A stretch of DNA of 64,000 nucleotides, from the NCBI GenBank assembly GCA_030704615.1, contig CM060733.1, positions 27,032,001 through 27,096,000 of the forward strand, written 5' to 3'. Made by a program: the position numbers and the translations under genes. Positions 1 to 13,177 of this stretch are shown here, piece by piece. The stretch comes from Takakia lepidozioides. Taxonomy: Eukaryota; Plantae; Bryophyta. The notes under the pieces were generated by a model, which made no database searches, was not told the origin of the DNA, and saw only the letters and a list, made by a program, of their open reading frames with translations. Every line of letters begins with the position of its first letter. The first letter of the stretch is position 1.

Positions 1-581
1 AGCTCCTTTCGAGGCGCACACACAAGCTGTGACATGAACCAGCTCCAAACTGAGCAATTCAGCTCAATTCAATTAATCAACCACCTTCTTTGAATCAAAA
101 GCAAATCTCATTCGAGGTTGAATAGATGCATTCAAATTCTCAACAAACAAGAGAGTTTGGTTGAGAGCATGTATCAGGATGTTTTCATTGCAAGCACAAG
201 CCTCATGACCCCAGCTCATTTCCCAAGCCGGCTTGGTCTGGACCCAAGCCTGTTCTCCAAACCTGCCCACATAGTCGGGCACCTAACCTAATCGGTGGTT
301 CGGTAGAGGAGCTCGCCCGATCTCTCTCTGTTTCTCATTCTCAGTCTCGCAGGTCTCGCAGATCCGGATCGGCAAGGGACTGCAGTGGATCATCACGTCA
401 ACAGCGCTGATTAGTCTGCCTGCACACCATCCTCATGTCTTATCCTTTCTGCTCATCTCAGTCGCCTCACATCATAGTTGGCATTTCCTCTGTCATACTC
501 GCTGGAGCGACGTGGTCTGATCGCAATTGAAGAAAATCTTGTAAGGTGGTTTTGTATTCCATACAGGATCCATTCTAATCT

Positions 582-1322
582 GTGTCGTCTAGTGGTCTCG
601 GGGTTCCCAAGAGACATCCAGGGATTATTTTTAGGAAAACCCTAGTCACATTGGTTTGCGAGAGTTTTTTTTTTTTGAGAGAGAGGCGTTGGCGGAGGGG
701 CCAACCTTCCAGTAGTTCAAGCCCGGGCCATCCCCAGGAAATCGAGGCTGGTGTGGTTTCCAGAAGAAGTAGAAGTTGCAGAGGATGCCTCTATTACTCG
801 AGTTTTTTAAGGGATAATTCCCGGAATCCAATATGTGTTGGCCTCAGCCGCAGTGAGCCTCATGTGTACAGAATACCGGAGAAGGAGGCTACCAAGGATT
901 TTAAGTATGCGTGCATTGGCTATGGATTACACAAGGAAAGCGCGCCCTCAGCTAGTGATAGGCCTGTCGAAGGTACGGGTGAGCTGCCCCTCTGCGTTGG
1001 GATTGAATTTTTGGCAGACAGGAGGCCAACAACACAGGGTGCGCAAAATTCTACTCAAATCCCCTCTCAAAGTCCTGCACATACTACCACCACTGCTAGT
1101 GAATGTCCCCGCAGGAAGGATGCGGATGGACCCCCGGTGATGCCACGCCCACCCTCGTCCGTCGGAGGAGGAGGCGTTTCAAGTGACGAGTTTGCTACCA
1201 GATTCTTCAGGAGTGCGGGATTAGTGGCATCTGCAGTGGTTCACAATGTTAGCAGGGTAGCTGGCGTAGTTAGAACTACGATAGATGATATTTTCTATCC
1301 TGATCGTGGGCGCCCTAAGTAG
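582..1322 (+). CDS. Conserved plant protein of unknown function (Cys-rich blocks, C-terminal basic tail); true start unresolved
   Basis: The open frame has blocks SCRGCLYYSS, NPICVG, DFKYACIGY, LPLCVGIEFL and C-terminal RFFRSAGLVASAV...DDIFYPDRGRPK, which I recall from a conserved land-plant family. The ORF call starts at GTG, with no in-frame ATG before the conserved blocks. Confidence 0.65.
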   Translation: MSSSGLGVPKRHPGIIFRKTLVTLVCESFFFLRERRWRRGQPSSSSSPGHPQEIEAGVVSRRSRSCRGCLYYSSFLRDNSRNPICVGLSRSEPHVYRIPEKEATKDFKYACIGYGLHKESAPSASDRPVEGTGELPLCVGIEFLADRRPTTQGAQNSTQIPSQSPAHTTTTASECPRRKDADGPPVMPRPPSSVGGGGVSSDEFATRFFRSAGLVASAVVHNVSRVAGVVRTTIDDIFYPDRGRPK

Positions 1323-3604
1323 AGGTGTGCCGAGTCTACACTGTCAAAATTTCCTACACTATTCAGGGCCTCACTTTGTAATGATGAAGAGCATCGTTGT
1401 GATGTCTAGATTTTGCAACCATGATCTTACACTTGTCATTAGGATATATTCATGTTGTTTGAGTTTTGGGCTGAGGTGTGGATGGAAGGGTGCGGCCGAG
1501 AAGTATTTCAAGCAGCACTGTAGGTCAATCCACATGATTCACGGCTGCTGTCTGTACTTGTGGAAGACTCTTGGTAATTCTGGACAAAGCTGAGGACACA
1601 GGCACTCCCACGAATCTCCAGATGAGGCAAATGTTCGTGCAAGTTATGCACTCCTTTTGTGGCTGAGTGATTCTTAACCTGGTGTACGAGACAAAGTATC
1701 CTTGCCCAGAAAACTGCTGGCTCTTGTACATCATGGCACAACTAACAACAGCTAGACACTCCCCGATGTGATACCCACACACGGTTCTGGAGTGCAGTCC
1801 CTATTTTTGTTTCGATATCTGGGTTGCTGAAGTCTGGTAACGGAGACATTATGGATTGTTATACAGTTGTCTGCTTTTATTTCCTGCAATCTGTCTGCTT
1901 GGAGCAGCGACTGCTTTTCAACATGATATTCTGGATGTGATTGGCTGGTTAAAACAGCTTTCCTGTATATAGCACGATCACAGGCAAGCACCGATGAGTG
2001 GCATCCAAGTAACGGACAATGTGTTCTAATTCTGAGGATATAGAGCTACTATCTTTCCTCTGCTTTGGCAACAAGAGCTGGTCTTCTACATAGTTTGAGC
2101 CAGGATTCGTCCTCCTCTCTTGATCAATTCCTTGAACTTGTTGAAGGGGATAGTCAGGCCTGCAGGTCTCCCCACCTCACCAAGGTCTATTCAAAGATGA
2201 AGCTGTCATGTCTGAGCCAAATTCGGGTTAGTGATCATTCAATTTCAAGAGCTTCAGAGCCTACCACATAAAGAGGCTTTATGTCACTTCCAAGTTGCTG
2301 GATGCATGACTCTCTTTTGTGGCTTCCATTTGCAGTTTTACTTATTTTTTACCAGGATTAGACGGATGCATTTCTAAATCACAACCTTGGGAAACGGATC
2401 AATCGTTCAGAGGCTAGTGGGTAGACATATACCTACTGCGAAGAAAGCTGTCATTTGTGAGGGATCAGTGCAAGTAGAGCTAGCAGGGATCCCATCTTGT
2501 AGTTGAGAATCGTCTACTTGTCCACACTACAAGGACTGCCAGAGTGTCTTAAACTAGAGAGTTTTGTAAATGTTTGTTTGTGGCTGTTTGGGGGCAAATT
2601 TGTGTTTCTGAGGAGGATGGGAGTACCAGAAGCCTTGCATTGCAAAAGCGCGTATGTTGGGCATATGTTGGAGCAAGGGTGATCCTCTCTTTTGGGGGAT
2701 CAAACAGCATCAGCAGCCACTGCAACTGGCCACGCTCTCTTCAACTCTATCAAGGGAATTGTGCCTGTACCTCCTCACTCTAGCTTTGTTTCATGCTAAT
2801 TGGTAGCTTCTGGCCAGCCAGTTGAAGCTGTGTGTATTTATTATAATCATGAGTTTGGCTTTTCATTTCCTGTTTGGAGTTCTTACTCTTTTGGATGTTT
2901 AGGGTTTGGTTTGGAGTCTGTTTCACTTTCTTTTGCAGGTGCAAACATGCACAGATGTTGACTATCCCTTAGGCTGCTCTTTTATAACCTGGAATTTTTT
3001 TTCAATAGTGTCCCCTAGCATCACAGTTGCTTGCTAAGCCTTTGAACTACTGTGTGTGCTCTATTTTTTGTTTTTCTTTAGTCTTACGTGTAATTTACTA
3101 CCTCAGAGGTATGGCAGGGCACTGTTGAGGCATTGCAACAAGCTGCTGATATTGAAAGGAAACAGAGTCAGTGCTAGACGATTAAGCTGTAGTGTGCGAG
3201 CAAGGACAAGGCTCTTGTGAATGCAGGAATAGTAGGAATGCAAAAATTGCCTTGTCTATTACTGCACTGGAGATGCAGTACACAAACAACATGCATTCCA
3301 CGCTTCTCATAAGCCATAAAAGCGGACAGTGCATACTGCTGCATCCACCCTACAGAATTGTTAACAGGTTGCAAGCCAGCTAATTTTTGCAAACATCCTT
3401 GTGAGACTAGAATTAATTAGATGAGATTGTTCTGCAAACTCCCATCCGATTCAGTTGCAGCGTTATGATAGTTCACGAGTGCTCTCATGATTCTACACTA
3501 CGTGCTATGTCTCTGCGTGCTACTGCATTTACAAGATGCGCTCGACATACCCCAGCTGCGAGATACACGCCTTTTTCTACGATATGGTAGTAAGTGATTA
3601 GTAA

Positions 3605-5354
3605 CTAAAGGCGAGCTGCAATTCCAATACGTACTGCCTCTATAAACTTCTCCATAGCTCTCGGAGGGAGTGCGATCGCCACTTCCAAATTTTTCTTCTC
3701 CCCCTCACTTCCACCTGGCAATAGGAAGTAAGCTATGTCAGGCGGCAGGCCTCGAGTGACAGGTCCACAGTAAAAGGGCTTTCCCCACCCAAAGTCGAGG
3801 TCATAGAACCCCAATCGGGACCAGTCGGTAATTGCAAATGATGAATAATTGACCGAAGCTGGCCTCCTCTTTACGTCCTCCATGTTATCAAGTGCGGATC
3901 TCAAGTATTTGTCTGTGAGTGCAGCAACCCCTTGTTGTATAAGGCTCACTGCATAAGACAGAGGCTTGGATAGGAGCTCACCAGCCGTGGTCATAGCGCA
4001 GGCTGGATAAGCTGAGTTACCCACATAGTCGGACGGAACGGGCGGAATAAACTTTGAACGCACATCAACTGCCACGAGGAATTTGGTTTCCTGGGATGGC
4101 TCCATTTCAAGTGCTTTCGTGCGCGCGCGCCAAACATGGGCTGCTAGAGTCTCAAAAGTGGAGCACTTGCTCACATAACCCCCAGGCTCTCCCAATATTT
4201 GTTGAATTAAGTCTGTGAGAGTTTCACGGGTGAAATGGAAAGTGTTGTTTACAAAAGCATCACCCAAGAGATCTTCTGCCAGATCCATCTCGCCAAATTC
4301 ATGGTGTGGGAAGTCAATCTGACGTGGAGATCGTGGGCGAAGCATTGTACGGTCTAAGGATGGAGCACTCAAAGGGGTACTGTCTCCACGCACTATAGCA
4401 GCCCAAGCATTTAGGAACTGCATGACTGAGATGCCGTCCATAAACGCATGGTTAAGGCCTACGCCGAGTGCGAACCCACCACACCTGAACCTTGTTGCCT
4501 GCTAGCACGGAGGGGGGATTGAACAAAACTTAGGTGTTTCTGATTCAACGTGAGGACTCAGACATGCAGTGTTGATTGTCCGACATACAATATTCTGACA
4601 TGATATGAATCTAAAATCTAGTTGGGTCGTCGTCTATTTACTGAGCAAATCACCAACTGGACCTCATTAAGAGTGCAGGCATTTGAGGAAAGATGCATTC
4701 ACATCCTAATGTAGTATCCGTTAATCAAAGTTTCCTCTGTTCTGGAAGGTTTTAAAACACTTACAGTGCGCAGGAAGTTTTAATCGGGCAATACATGCGA
4801 TGCATATATGGCAACCATGAAACAAAATTTTGACATCAGTTATGAGTTACCTGAAGAACCACCGCAGGGGTCACAAGTTGCTGATGCAATGCGTCCTGAT
4901 TCATTGCCTCTGGAACAAAGTAGACCAGTTGCATCAATCTCGGATCGGGCTTGCCAGACTCGGTATATTTTTCCAAGTCAGATATGGCGGCATCTGCCTC
5001 AGCTTCCACAAACAAGACCCCTTTGCCATTACAGTTCAGTTCGAGTTCCCCCTCCAAACTGATCTGAAGCCTTCCTGCTACAGGGTAATACGGGACAAGT
5101 ACCTTCGCAAGTGCCTCTCTCATCGCTTTTGCTACATTGTCATGGTTTTCTGCAGGATAGGCATGATACAAGAAATAAACGTTTACTGTGAAAAGCACGG
5201 GCTGATCCATGTTGGAAAGATACATCACATGATTTCTGGTAGGAACAGCTGGAACAACCACAGTTGGGTCTTTCAAGATCACTTGGAGCTTTGGCTCAGC
5301 TACGATGCCCATGCTTTCTTGCAGTTGTCTAAGTGTTTCGGAAGCTGAGAGCAT
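3605..5354 (-). CDS. BAHD acyl-CoA acyltransferase, 2 exons (5354-4851, 4498-3605)
   Basis: Exon 1 has LSNMDQ and YYPVAGRL. A GT-AG intron falls after VVLQ, the conserved BAHD Q-intron position. Exon 2 reads ATRFRCGGFALGVGLNHAFMDG (HXXXD) and has DFGWG near the C-terminus. The spliced frame is intact. Confidence 0.95.
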
Positions 5355-6477
5355 TCAAATAACCCCAAAACGGAAGTTACGAGGTGAGATACTTCGGACC
5401 ATTCCTCCTTCTCGACCCAGTTGCAGATCTTCGGACTGCAGCTTATAGCTGTACAACATTCTGTCTCTGCCTATCCTCGATATCGTTCTTGCTTGTGAGT
5501 GTTGGCCAGAAGCATACAAGCTACAACGCCCATGAAAACATGATGAACTGCTAAGCCGTGCTAGTCTTGATCCGCCGGCACCTCTTCTCTACCACATTAT
5601 ATAAACTTTGAGGTCGCCACATGAATTGCAACACCCCCACTCTGGATTGCGAGTGATAAAACAGTCTACTTACCGTCACTAAATATTCCCTCCATAACCC
5701 TCGTTTACAGCCCGTGTGGTGGCGGACCTGCTCCAATAAACTTCATGGGATTTGGAGGAAGCTTGGCACACATGAAAGAAAGGGGGTCAGAAAAATGGTG
5801 GACTGAGGGGCCACGCAGAGTTGACAATCAACATGGCTTCCCCTGATTGGCTACACCCTGAGTTCACTTGACCTGCCTGCACTTCAATTTGGACAGATAG
5901 ATTCTGTTTTTTCTAATGTCAAGAGCAGCGTTTCTTATTTTGGCGACCTCAAAAAACAGAAAAGAAAATTCCGTAGCAAATTCCATGTTTTTTCATGGAT
6001 GAAATCGCCAAATTTCTCAAAACAAAAAAATTATGGATGAATTTGCCAAATATGGATGATATGAATGGATGAAAGTATGGATGTGGATGATTATGTCCTA
6101 ATTTGAATGGATGAACAGAATATATGCCTAATTTTTGCAAAACTCTGTAGCCACTGGTGCTATTTTTCGAATTGTAAGAAAAAAACTCTGGTAAAGAGGC
6201 TTGTGGTAGTAGAAATGAGTTCTCCGGAAAAGGCATTTGTGCCATTTCGAGTTTTAGAATGGCCTACTTTGGAGACTACCTCTAATTTTGCAGCTCCATA
6301 ATAGTTTTAATAATTTGACCCCTTTGCAAACACTTAGGAAGGATTATTTTCACCAAAAGGTTGGATTCATTTGAATTTTGGCATGCCAATGCCCACCCTA
6401 TTGCATGTTTAGAAATTTTATGTTTGGCTCATAGGAAAAATCAAAGAACCCTTAATCGTGCTTGGTCAAGACAACCA

Positions 6478-6545
6478 AGCTGTAGCCCAGTGGTAATGGG
6501 CACATAGCACTTGGGAAGTGGTTGTGGGTTCGATCCACCAATTGG
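6478..6545 (+). mobile_element. tRNA-derived SINE head (pol III A/B boxes)
   Basis: A-box-like TAGCCCAGTGG and B-box GGTTCGATCC at tRNA-like spacing, but no full cloverleaf. Confidence 0.45.
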
Positions 6546-7033
6546 TGTCACAAAGGCGTCCACCTTCTTGTCGGATGCAGTAGCCCTTGGGCCCTCAGGA
6601 TATTTGTAATCTAATCTAAGATTAGCCTAAAGAGAGGCCTTGTCCCTACAAGGCATGGGCTTTGTCATTAATGCCAAGAGCCAGGCCCAGGCCACTTGTC
6701 ATTTCCTCCCCATGCCCCTTTGGCCAAACCCACCTCTTGTCATGCATGCGTGCCCTGCCATGCTCCATGCGAGGCCCCATGCCGCATGCTCCATGGTCAT
6801 GTTTGTTATCCATAGATGATTTTAGTGGGATGAGTCTAAAATGGATGAGGTTAGGGATAAGGTTAGGGGTGGGTTTAGGCTCGTTAGGGTCACAACTGTT
6901 TCACAACTGTTTTAACATTGCTTATCTTGGCTCTCGTTCTATGGATTAGTGGACGCGATTATAAGTAGATTAGATTAGTGAGGTGAGCTTGTGGATCACT
7001 AAACTTGATCTGGTGTAGGCCTTCAAGAGCTTC

Positions 7034-7232
7034 GAGGAAACCGCGGTCGAGGTTTCCATGACATATCACTTAAGTGATACAAAATATGTTTAGAGGAAAC
7101 CGTTGTCGAGGTTTCCCTAGCATATCATTTAGGTGATATAAGATATGTTTCGCAGTGGAGGTTTTCCTGGCATATCACTTTGGTGATATAAGATATGTCT
7201 AGAGGAAATTGCGATCAAGGTTTCCTTGACAT
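7034..7232. repeat. Tandem repeat, ~58-bp unit x ~3.5, each unit with two small palindromes
   Basis: Recurring GAGGAAACCG..GAGGTTTCC..CATATCAC..GTGATAT..ATATGT. Confidence 0.8.
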
Positions 7233-7247
7233 GATGGTATACCTTAA

Positions 7248-8469
7248 CCCTTAAGTGTCAAACCGACCGGTTTTGGGTTGGTTAGGTTTCCTTAACTAGC
7301 CATAACTTCCTCTAGTTAAGGCTGATTGGCCTTTTTTTTGGCTCAATCGACAGATAATCGGGTCCTCCTTCATATGGCATTGGCCAATGCCTGAAATGCC
7401 TGAAGTGGTAGGGATCTCGATCAATTGGAAGGGGGCCAACTCAGCTTTTGAGGCCATTTTGGCACCCCTAACCTGCCCAAGTTGCTGACATGGCAATTGC
7501 GGTCACGTTAGGATGAATGAATGATACCCCATAAAGGGATGGGCGGCACGCTTCCCCCAACCAATTGATTGCTCGGTGGGTATGGCGGCCTGCACAGGTC
7601 TGAGTATTCCCAGGCTTGCATCCTAACCTGAGATCGACGGAGGTGGCTGCTCCAGCCAACAGGATGGGCTCATAGCAGGGCAGACTGGAGGGAGTGCAGC
7701 CGCAATGGCGGCAAAGCTCGCGGCTCGAGAAAATCTAGGGTGGGCCAAACCCAGGCGGGGGTTTGATAGGGTTGCGGGTGGAGTGGCCCCCCATGAAAGC
7801 AGGGCTGGGTAGCCAGAGGAGCTCCCAAACCCCGCGCCCTTTTGGGCTACGGCTCCAAATATCCTAGGCGTGCAAGCTATACCAAAGGTGTGCCATTTGA
7901 AGTCTTGGGCATGGAACCTAAGGATGCGGTGCATTGGCTGATTGGCCACAAAGTTTTTCGGGGACTTCACATGGAAGCCCATGACATTTCAACCGGAGGG
8001 ATTAGGGATTGACCGGCTGAATTTTTTTGTATAATTTTAGGAAGAGAGATTTTGGCCTGCCCAAAGAAAATGGCATATTTTGATCCCCCAATTTGTCACT
8101 ACAAAGGAGCCCACTTGAGAATATTTCAGAAAAAGCTGAAATTGTATGAGAATGTGTGTTATCAGGTATGGAACAACATTCTTGAGACTCTGAAAAAATT
8201 AAAAATGCCCAAATACGAGCAAAAAACTGCTTTTTTTGGCACCTAGTTCTAAGTGGAAATTTTTTTTTGTCCCCACTCTACACTTTATAATCTTCAGATC
8301 TGGCAGTTGGATTTTGGTGAAACTTTTTGTGGTAGGAGGTGGGGTAGGTGGGAAGTAATTCCAACGGTCAGTTTTACAGGGACACAGATTCTCTAGATAA
8401 GAAAAAAATTTGTGGGCCAGGGTCATGTTTTTCCACGAGAGGGTGAAAATGAGTTTTGACACTTAATGG
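7248..8469. mobile_element. piggyBac-like MITE with TTAA target duplication
   Basis: TTAA|CCCTTAAGTGTCAAA ... TTTGACACTTAATGG|TTAA: a 15-bp TIR with one mismatch and TTAA on both sides. Confidence 0.6.
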
Positions 8470-11283
8470 TTAATATGTGTGGAGGAAGCGCATTAGAGGT
8501 TTCCTCAGTTTGCAAAGAACTCACTAAGCCCCAAACAAACAAAACCCTCAACCAGCCGCCGCCCTAAGAGATCCTAACATCATTCATCCTAAATTCATCC
8601 CTTAATTCATCCATGGATAACAAACATGCTATGGAGCATGGGGCCTCAGGGGGGAGGGCTCATAGAGCATGGTAGGGCGCATGCATGGTGAGGAGTGTGG
8701 TGAGCAAGGGGGCATGATGAGGAAAGGACATGTGGCCCATTAGTGGTTGACAGCATTAAATGCCACTAATGAGTGGCTTCCTGTAGGGACAAGCCTCTCT
8801 TTAGGCTAATCCTAGACTATATCCATAGGGCCCTTCGGGTCAAGAGACACCATAATTTACGCTTCCTTAATCTCATATTGGGGGGCTTATTCATCATTAC
8901 TTCTACTTCTATTAATTTATTATGTCATGGTTTGCATTTTTTTTTGGGCCCTGCCTGTGCAGAGCCCCCTAGGTATTAGTAAGTAGTTAGTTAGAGGTAT
9001 TAGTAAGTAGTTAGTTAGATAATATAAGGCAGGGGAGAGAGCAGCCCGGCTCTCTTTATATACCCTCAGAGAGCGGTGGGACCCTTCCAGAAGGCCCCAC
9101 ACCCTCAAGCAATGGGACCTTCAAGGAGGCTGTCCTAACACATGTCGCTCCTAGAAACCACCACGCCTGCTTACCCCAACCTAACCATGAACCATCCCCT
9201 ATTTAATAGGTCTTACCTTCCTGCCTTTCCCCCCTCCTTACATGACAGTTAGTTATTAATTAAACTCCTGCTCTAGCTTACTATAACTCCCGTCTTCATA
9301 ATTCCTGGACCACTTTCCAATCCCCCCACCTTTCAAACCTGCCCCCTTATTTACGCTTCCTTGGGGCATCATATATATATACATATGCTTGGTCGAACTT
9401 GTGATTGTATTGTTTGAAAAGTATTTGAAAACCCACCGAGAGTCACGAAAACACTATAATTTTCCAAATTCTCACAGTGGAAATTTGGGAAATTTATGGA
9501 GATGATGAAAGTACCAAACAGGTAGACACTAGACACCTCTATTTCTGGTCAATTACTTTCGATGAAAATTGGTCAGTTGACGGCCTGTGTTCTCGTTCAA
9601 GGATGCAAAGGCAGTTAAGGGTTAACCCTTAAGTGGTATATCGACCATTAAACTGTTTCGGGTCGCCTCATTTTCTCATCCAATCGTAACTTTGTTGGAT
9701 GAAGGCAGATGAAGCTGTCGTCTGAACGAAAAATGGACCCTGCAAAGACCGTACACGCTCCAATTGAAAGCACCAACAAAAAAAAAACAAAAACAAAAAC
9801 AAAAAAAATCCCCAAAAAATTGATTTCCCTGCCCTCAGGAATTTTCCAAAGCGTGGGGAGTCTGGATTTTGGAGTGGATGGGCGGGGTCCACGTAGGTTG
9901 ACTGGGCGAGGTGTAGGTAATACCCCACACGAGGAGGCTTATGCCAAGCGTGAAGAACGCACATGGAGCTGTTGTAATCCAGTAGCCAGCCTGGCGCGTA
10001 GATTATAGGATTCGATCACTGCAACAGCCTTGGACGGTGGATTCACGGATTTATTAAGCTCACCGTTTCCTTCCAGGGAAAAAGCTGCAGTCCTTAACGC
10101 ATTTATGACAAGCGCCTTTATGGAGGCGGGCCACGCCCAATCCGTGGGCTGCCCTTCCACACCAAATCCCAGAGGGCAGGATGTCTGACGACTATGTAGC
10201 GTTTTCTAATCAATTTTCACAAGCAGTGCGAGCGGCCACATGTGTGCTCTACTACATGTGCGCGATATAAGCAAGCTGGCACCTCTACAAAGCTCGCTAT
10301 GTGATACATGGCACGTTTCAATGGCTCTAAGATGGCAGTCCCTACTTACAGGTTTTTCCTGGCGACAACCTCGTGGATCATCCACCTGTTGAAGTTATGA
10401 TAAAAAAAAATTGAAGTTATGACAGTCCCTTTAGGAGCCCAAAGTAAAAGCTAATTTTTCCATGGCTCCTAGCTTATCTTAGGGTATGTTGGAATTCGAC
10501 AAAAAATAGAAATAAAAGATGAACTTATTACTGAGAACTCTCCACCCAACCATAGGACCACAACAAGCTGTCTGTCCACCCTCCCAACTCTCCTTATTTA
10601 TACTCAAAGTCTAATCTAGAAATAGCTGAGATAACTATAGCATAACTTCATGTTTTTACTTAAGTTATCTCCACCTGCTATTTTGGTACAATGACTTGAG
10701 TCACTAATAACTGAAGCTAACTTTAGCTAACTGAGGCTTATCTCTATTGTTAGCTGTGACTTGTCAGCACTGCTATTATGGAAGCCTGACCTGTCATCAC
10801 AGTAACTCTAGGTAATAGTAACTTGGTCAGGAGTTGATTTCCAGCAGGGTAGAAGTACAGGTTAGGTTATAGAGGTTATAGGGGCTGAGAGTTTTGAATG
10901 GCCTCGTGGGGCAGTGGGGGCCCGCCACCTCATTAACATAGACCCGCATGCGTCAAGGTCCTTAGAATTTGTATGGCTTAGGAAATTTATAACTACCTTC
11001 AGTAGTCTGTCACTATTGGTCACAACCTGCCTGAAGGTAGTTGTAAAAATATGCTAAACTACCTTCACAAATATAGTGATAAACTAAGGACTACCTCCAT
11101 GAAAGTAGTTGTAAAAACATGTTGAACTACCTTAGGGCAAATAGTGACAAATTACATGGATGCAGTAGCCATGATCAATACCAACCACCCTATTTAGGAT
11201 TGAGCCCACAACCTCCAAGAGAGCACTAACATCCTCGTAATACCAGTACATCCTTAACACTGGGTAAAATACAAGGATATACG

Positions 11284-12122
11284 GTACTGACCTAGCTTAT
11301 TAGGCAATAGTTAATTCAAAATCAAGTGCCTAATTAAATTTAGAACATTTTTGGAAAATATGCCTAAAACTTGGAAAAGTTTCCTGAGAAGTGCCTAATT
11401 GCTCAGAAATTGTGAAAGACACCAAAATGTCCAAATATGTGGAAAATTTGCCTAAAGGGTATTATTTAAAATCCAAAAAATAGCAAAAATACCTGAAATT
11501 TATAATTTCATGTCCACACAACTTCCAAAGGTCCTGCATTGATGCAACTACATCTTCATAAGTTTCATCACCTATCTCATGTGAATCTTCTCAATTTGAG
11601 AGAATGTTAAGGTCAGGAACATGATCATCCTCGATATGTATGTGCAAGACATCAGCTTATGCTCTCAATGACAAGAGAATTAGGGTTGTGCCAGATGTCT
11701 CGTATAGGCAAAAAAAAAACAATAAAACAGATAAAACAAAACAAAAAAAAACAGTTGGAAAGGCTTAGGGTTTAGTACTTACAGACTTCACTGCAGCCAT
11801 TCTTTTATCACATATCAAACAGTATGTTTTTTAAGAAGAAAATTAACTCAACAATAGTTTTTGAGGGAGGTCAAAAACAATTGTTGAGGTAATATCTATT
11901 TTCAAGACCATTATGTTTTTTTTTTAAACATTACCTCAACAATAGTTTTTGAGGGAGGTCAAAAATAATTGTTCATTATTATCTAGGGTCGACTTTAATA
12001 CATGCCTAATGTTTGGAAATTACCTAGCTGAGGTGCCTAAATAATAAAAACGAATCTGCCTAATAATGTTCTATTTTTATTAATTATTAGGCGCGGAAGT
12101 GCCTAATAAGCTAGGTCAGTAC
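11284..12122. mobile_element. MITE with 23-bp TIRs; a partial inverted second copy follows at ~12145-12482
   Basis: GTACTGACCTAGCTTATTAGGCA at the left and TGCCTAATAAGCTAGGTCAGTAC at the right. Region 11460-11660 is the reverse complement of ~12290-12482. Confidence 0.75.
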
Positions 12123-12484
12123 ATAGTAAGAAAATATATAATGTTTGATATGAGATAAAAGAATGGCTGCAGTGAAGGTTGTATGTATTAAACCCTAAAT
12201 TTTTCCAACCGTTTTTGTTTTTTTCTTATGTCTACTTTTATGGAAGTGTTGAGAGATAGAAGTGAAGAGATGCTTTCAGAGCATGAGCAAATGTCTTGCA
12301 AACGTGCATATCGAGGATGATAATGTTCCTGACCTTAACATTCTCTCAGATTCAGAAGCTTCACATAAGAGAGGTGATGAGGCTTACAAATGTAGTTGCA
12401 TCAATGTAGGGCCCTTTGGAAGTTGTGTGGACATGAAATTTTTAATTGTAGGCATTTTTCCATTTTTGGACTTTAAATAATACA

Positions 12485-13172
12485 TCTCTCAATTACAAGA
12501 AGAGCCCTTGTTGCTAATCAGATTCATTCAGTTGGATTATGGTATTATGCTTCTTCCTGGTGCCCAAGCTCTAAACAGATTCAGGAAATCAAGCGCCTGC
12601 TTAGGAACTTTGTCTAGGGAGCCGAGACCTCATCCCAAAACAAACGACCGCTTGTAGCCTAGGCTCAAATCTGTTTACCCAATAAAAAAAAAGGGGTTAG
12701 GGACTCAATCCAGAAACACAGATTGTAGCTCTTCTTGGCAAATGGATACCCAGGTTTCTAGGGCCGGAGGGGGGATGGTGGAAATTCTTGGTCTATGACC
12801 ACATTACAAAATCCTCCCCTCTCAAGACTACCCAATGGAGCCTTTCCCCACGTAACTCAAGGATTTAATCTTAAGACAGTGGGATCTGCTCTATGGTCTA
12901 ACATCTGGTCAGCCTGGGGGCGGCTAAGGAAACTGCTTGTAAAAGCCCAGCCAAGTACCTTCTATGAAATTAAGAGACAACACTTGTTTCTAAACGACAC
13001 TCCTCAGACCCCTTCTCAGAAAAACCAGGCAAAAAAGTGGTCCAAATGGGATTGCCTTGGCATCAGACAAATTCATAACATATGGTCAGGGATCGGTTTC
13101 ATATCTCTACAATCTATGGCTCAGGCTGTAGGCCTCGTAAGGGCCACAAAAGGCCACCAACAACTTGTTTAA
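12485..13172 (+). mobile_element. L1-like LINE ORF2 fragment (post-RT region), degenerate
   Basis: Broken frames read RALVANQI..LWYYAS, ICLPNKKRGLG, ALLGKWIPRF..WWK and WSNIWSAW, typical of the plant L1 ORF2 C-terminal region. Confidence 0.7.
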
Positions 13173-13177
13173 TCTGT

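Larger units (their letters stand above)
6610..8820. mobile_element. Non-autonomous element with ~250-bp diverged inverted repeats (6610-6858 / 8570-8820) and nested insertions
   Basis: GATTAGCCTAAAGAGAGG..GTCCCTACA on the left pairs with TGTAGGGACAAGCCTCTCTTTAGGCTAATC on the right; CATGTTTGTTATCCAT pairs with ATGGATAACAAACATG. Confidence 0.6.

Noticed and set aside
6478-6550. tRNA gene
   Set aside because: A and B boxes are present, but there is no acceptor or anticodon stem; treated as a SINE head.
6848-6890. Interstitial telomeric repeat
   Set aside because: Only a few scattered TTAGG(G) motifs, not a tandem array.
10487-10938. Solo LTR (TGTT...AACA)
   Set aside because: The flanks GGGTA and TAGAC do not form a TSD, so it is unsupported.
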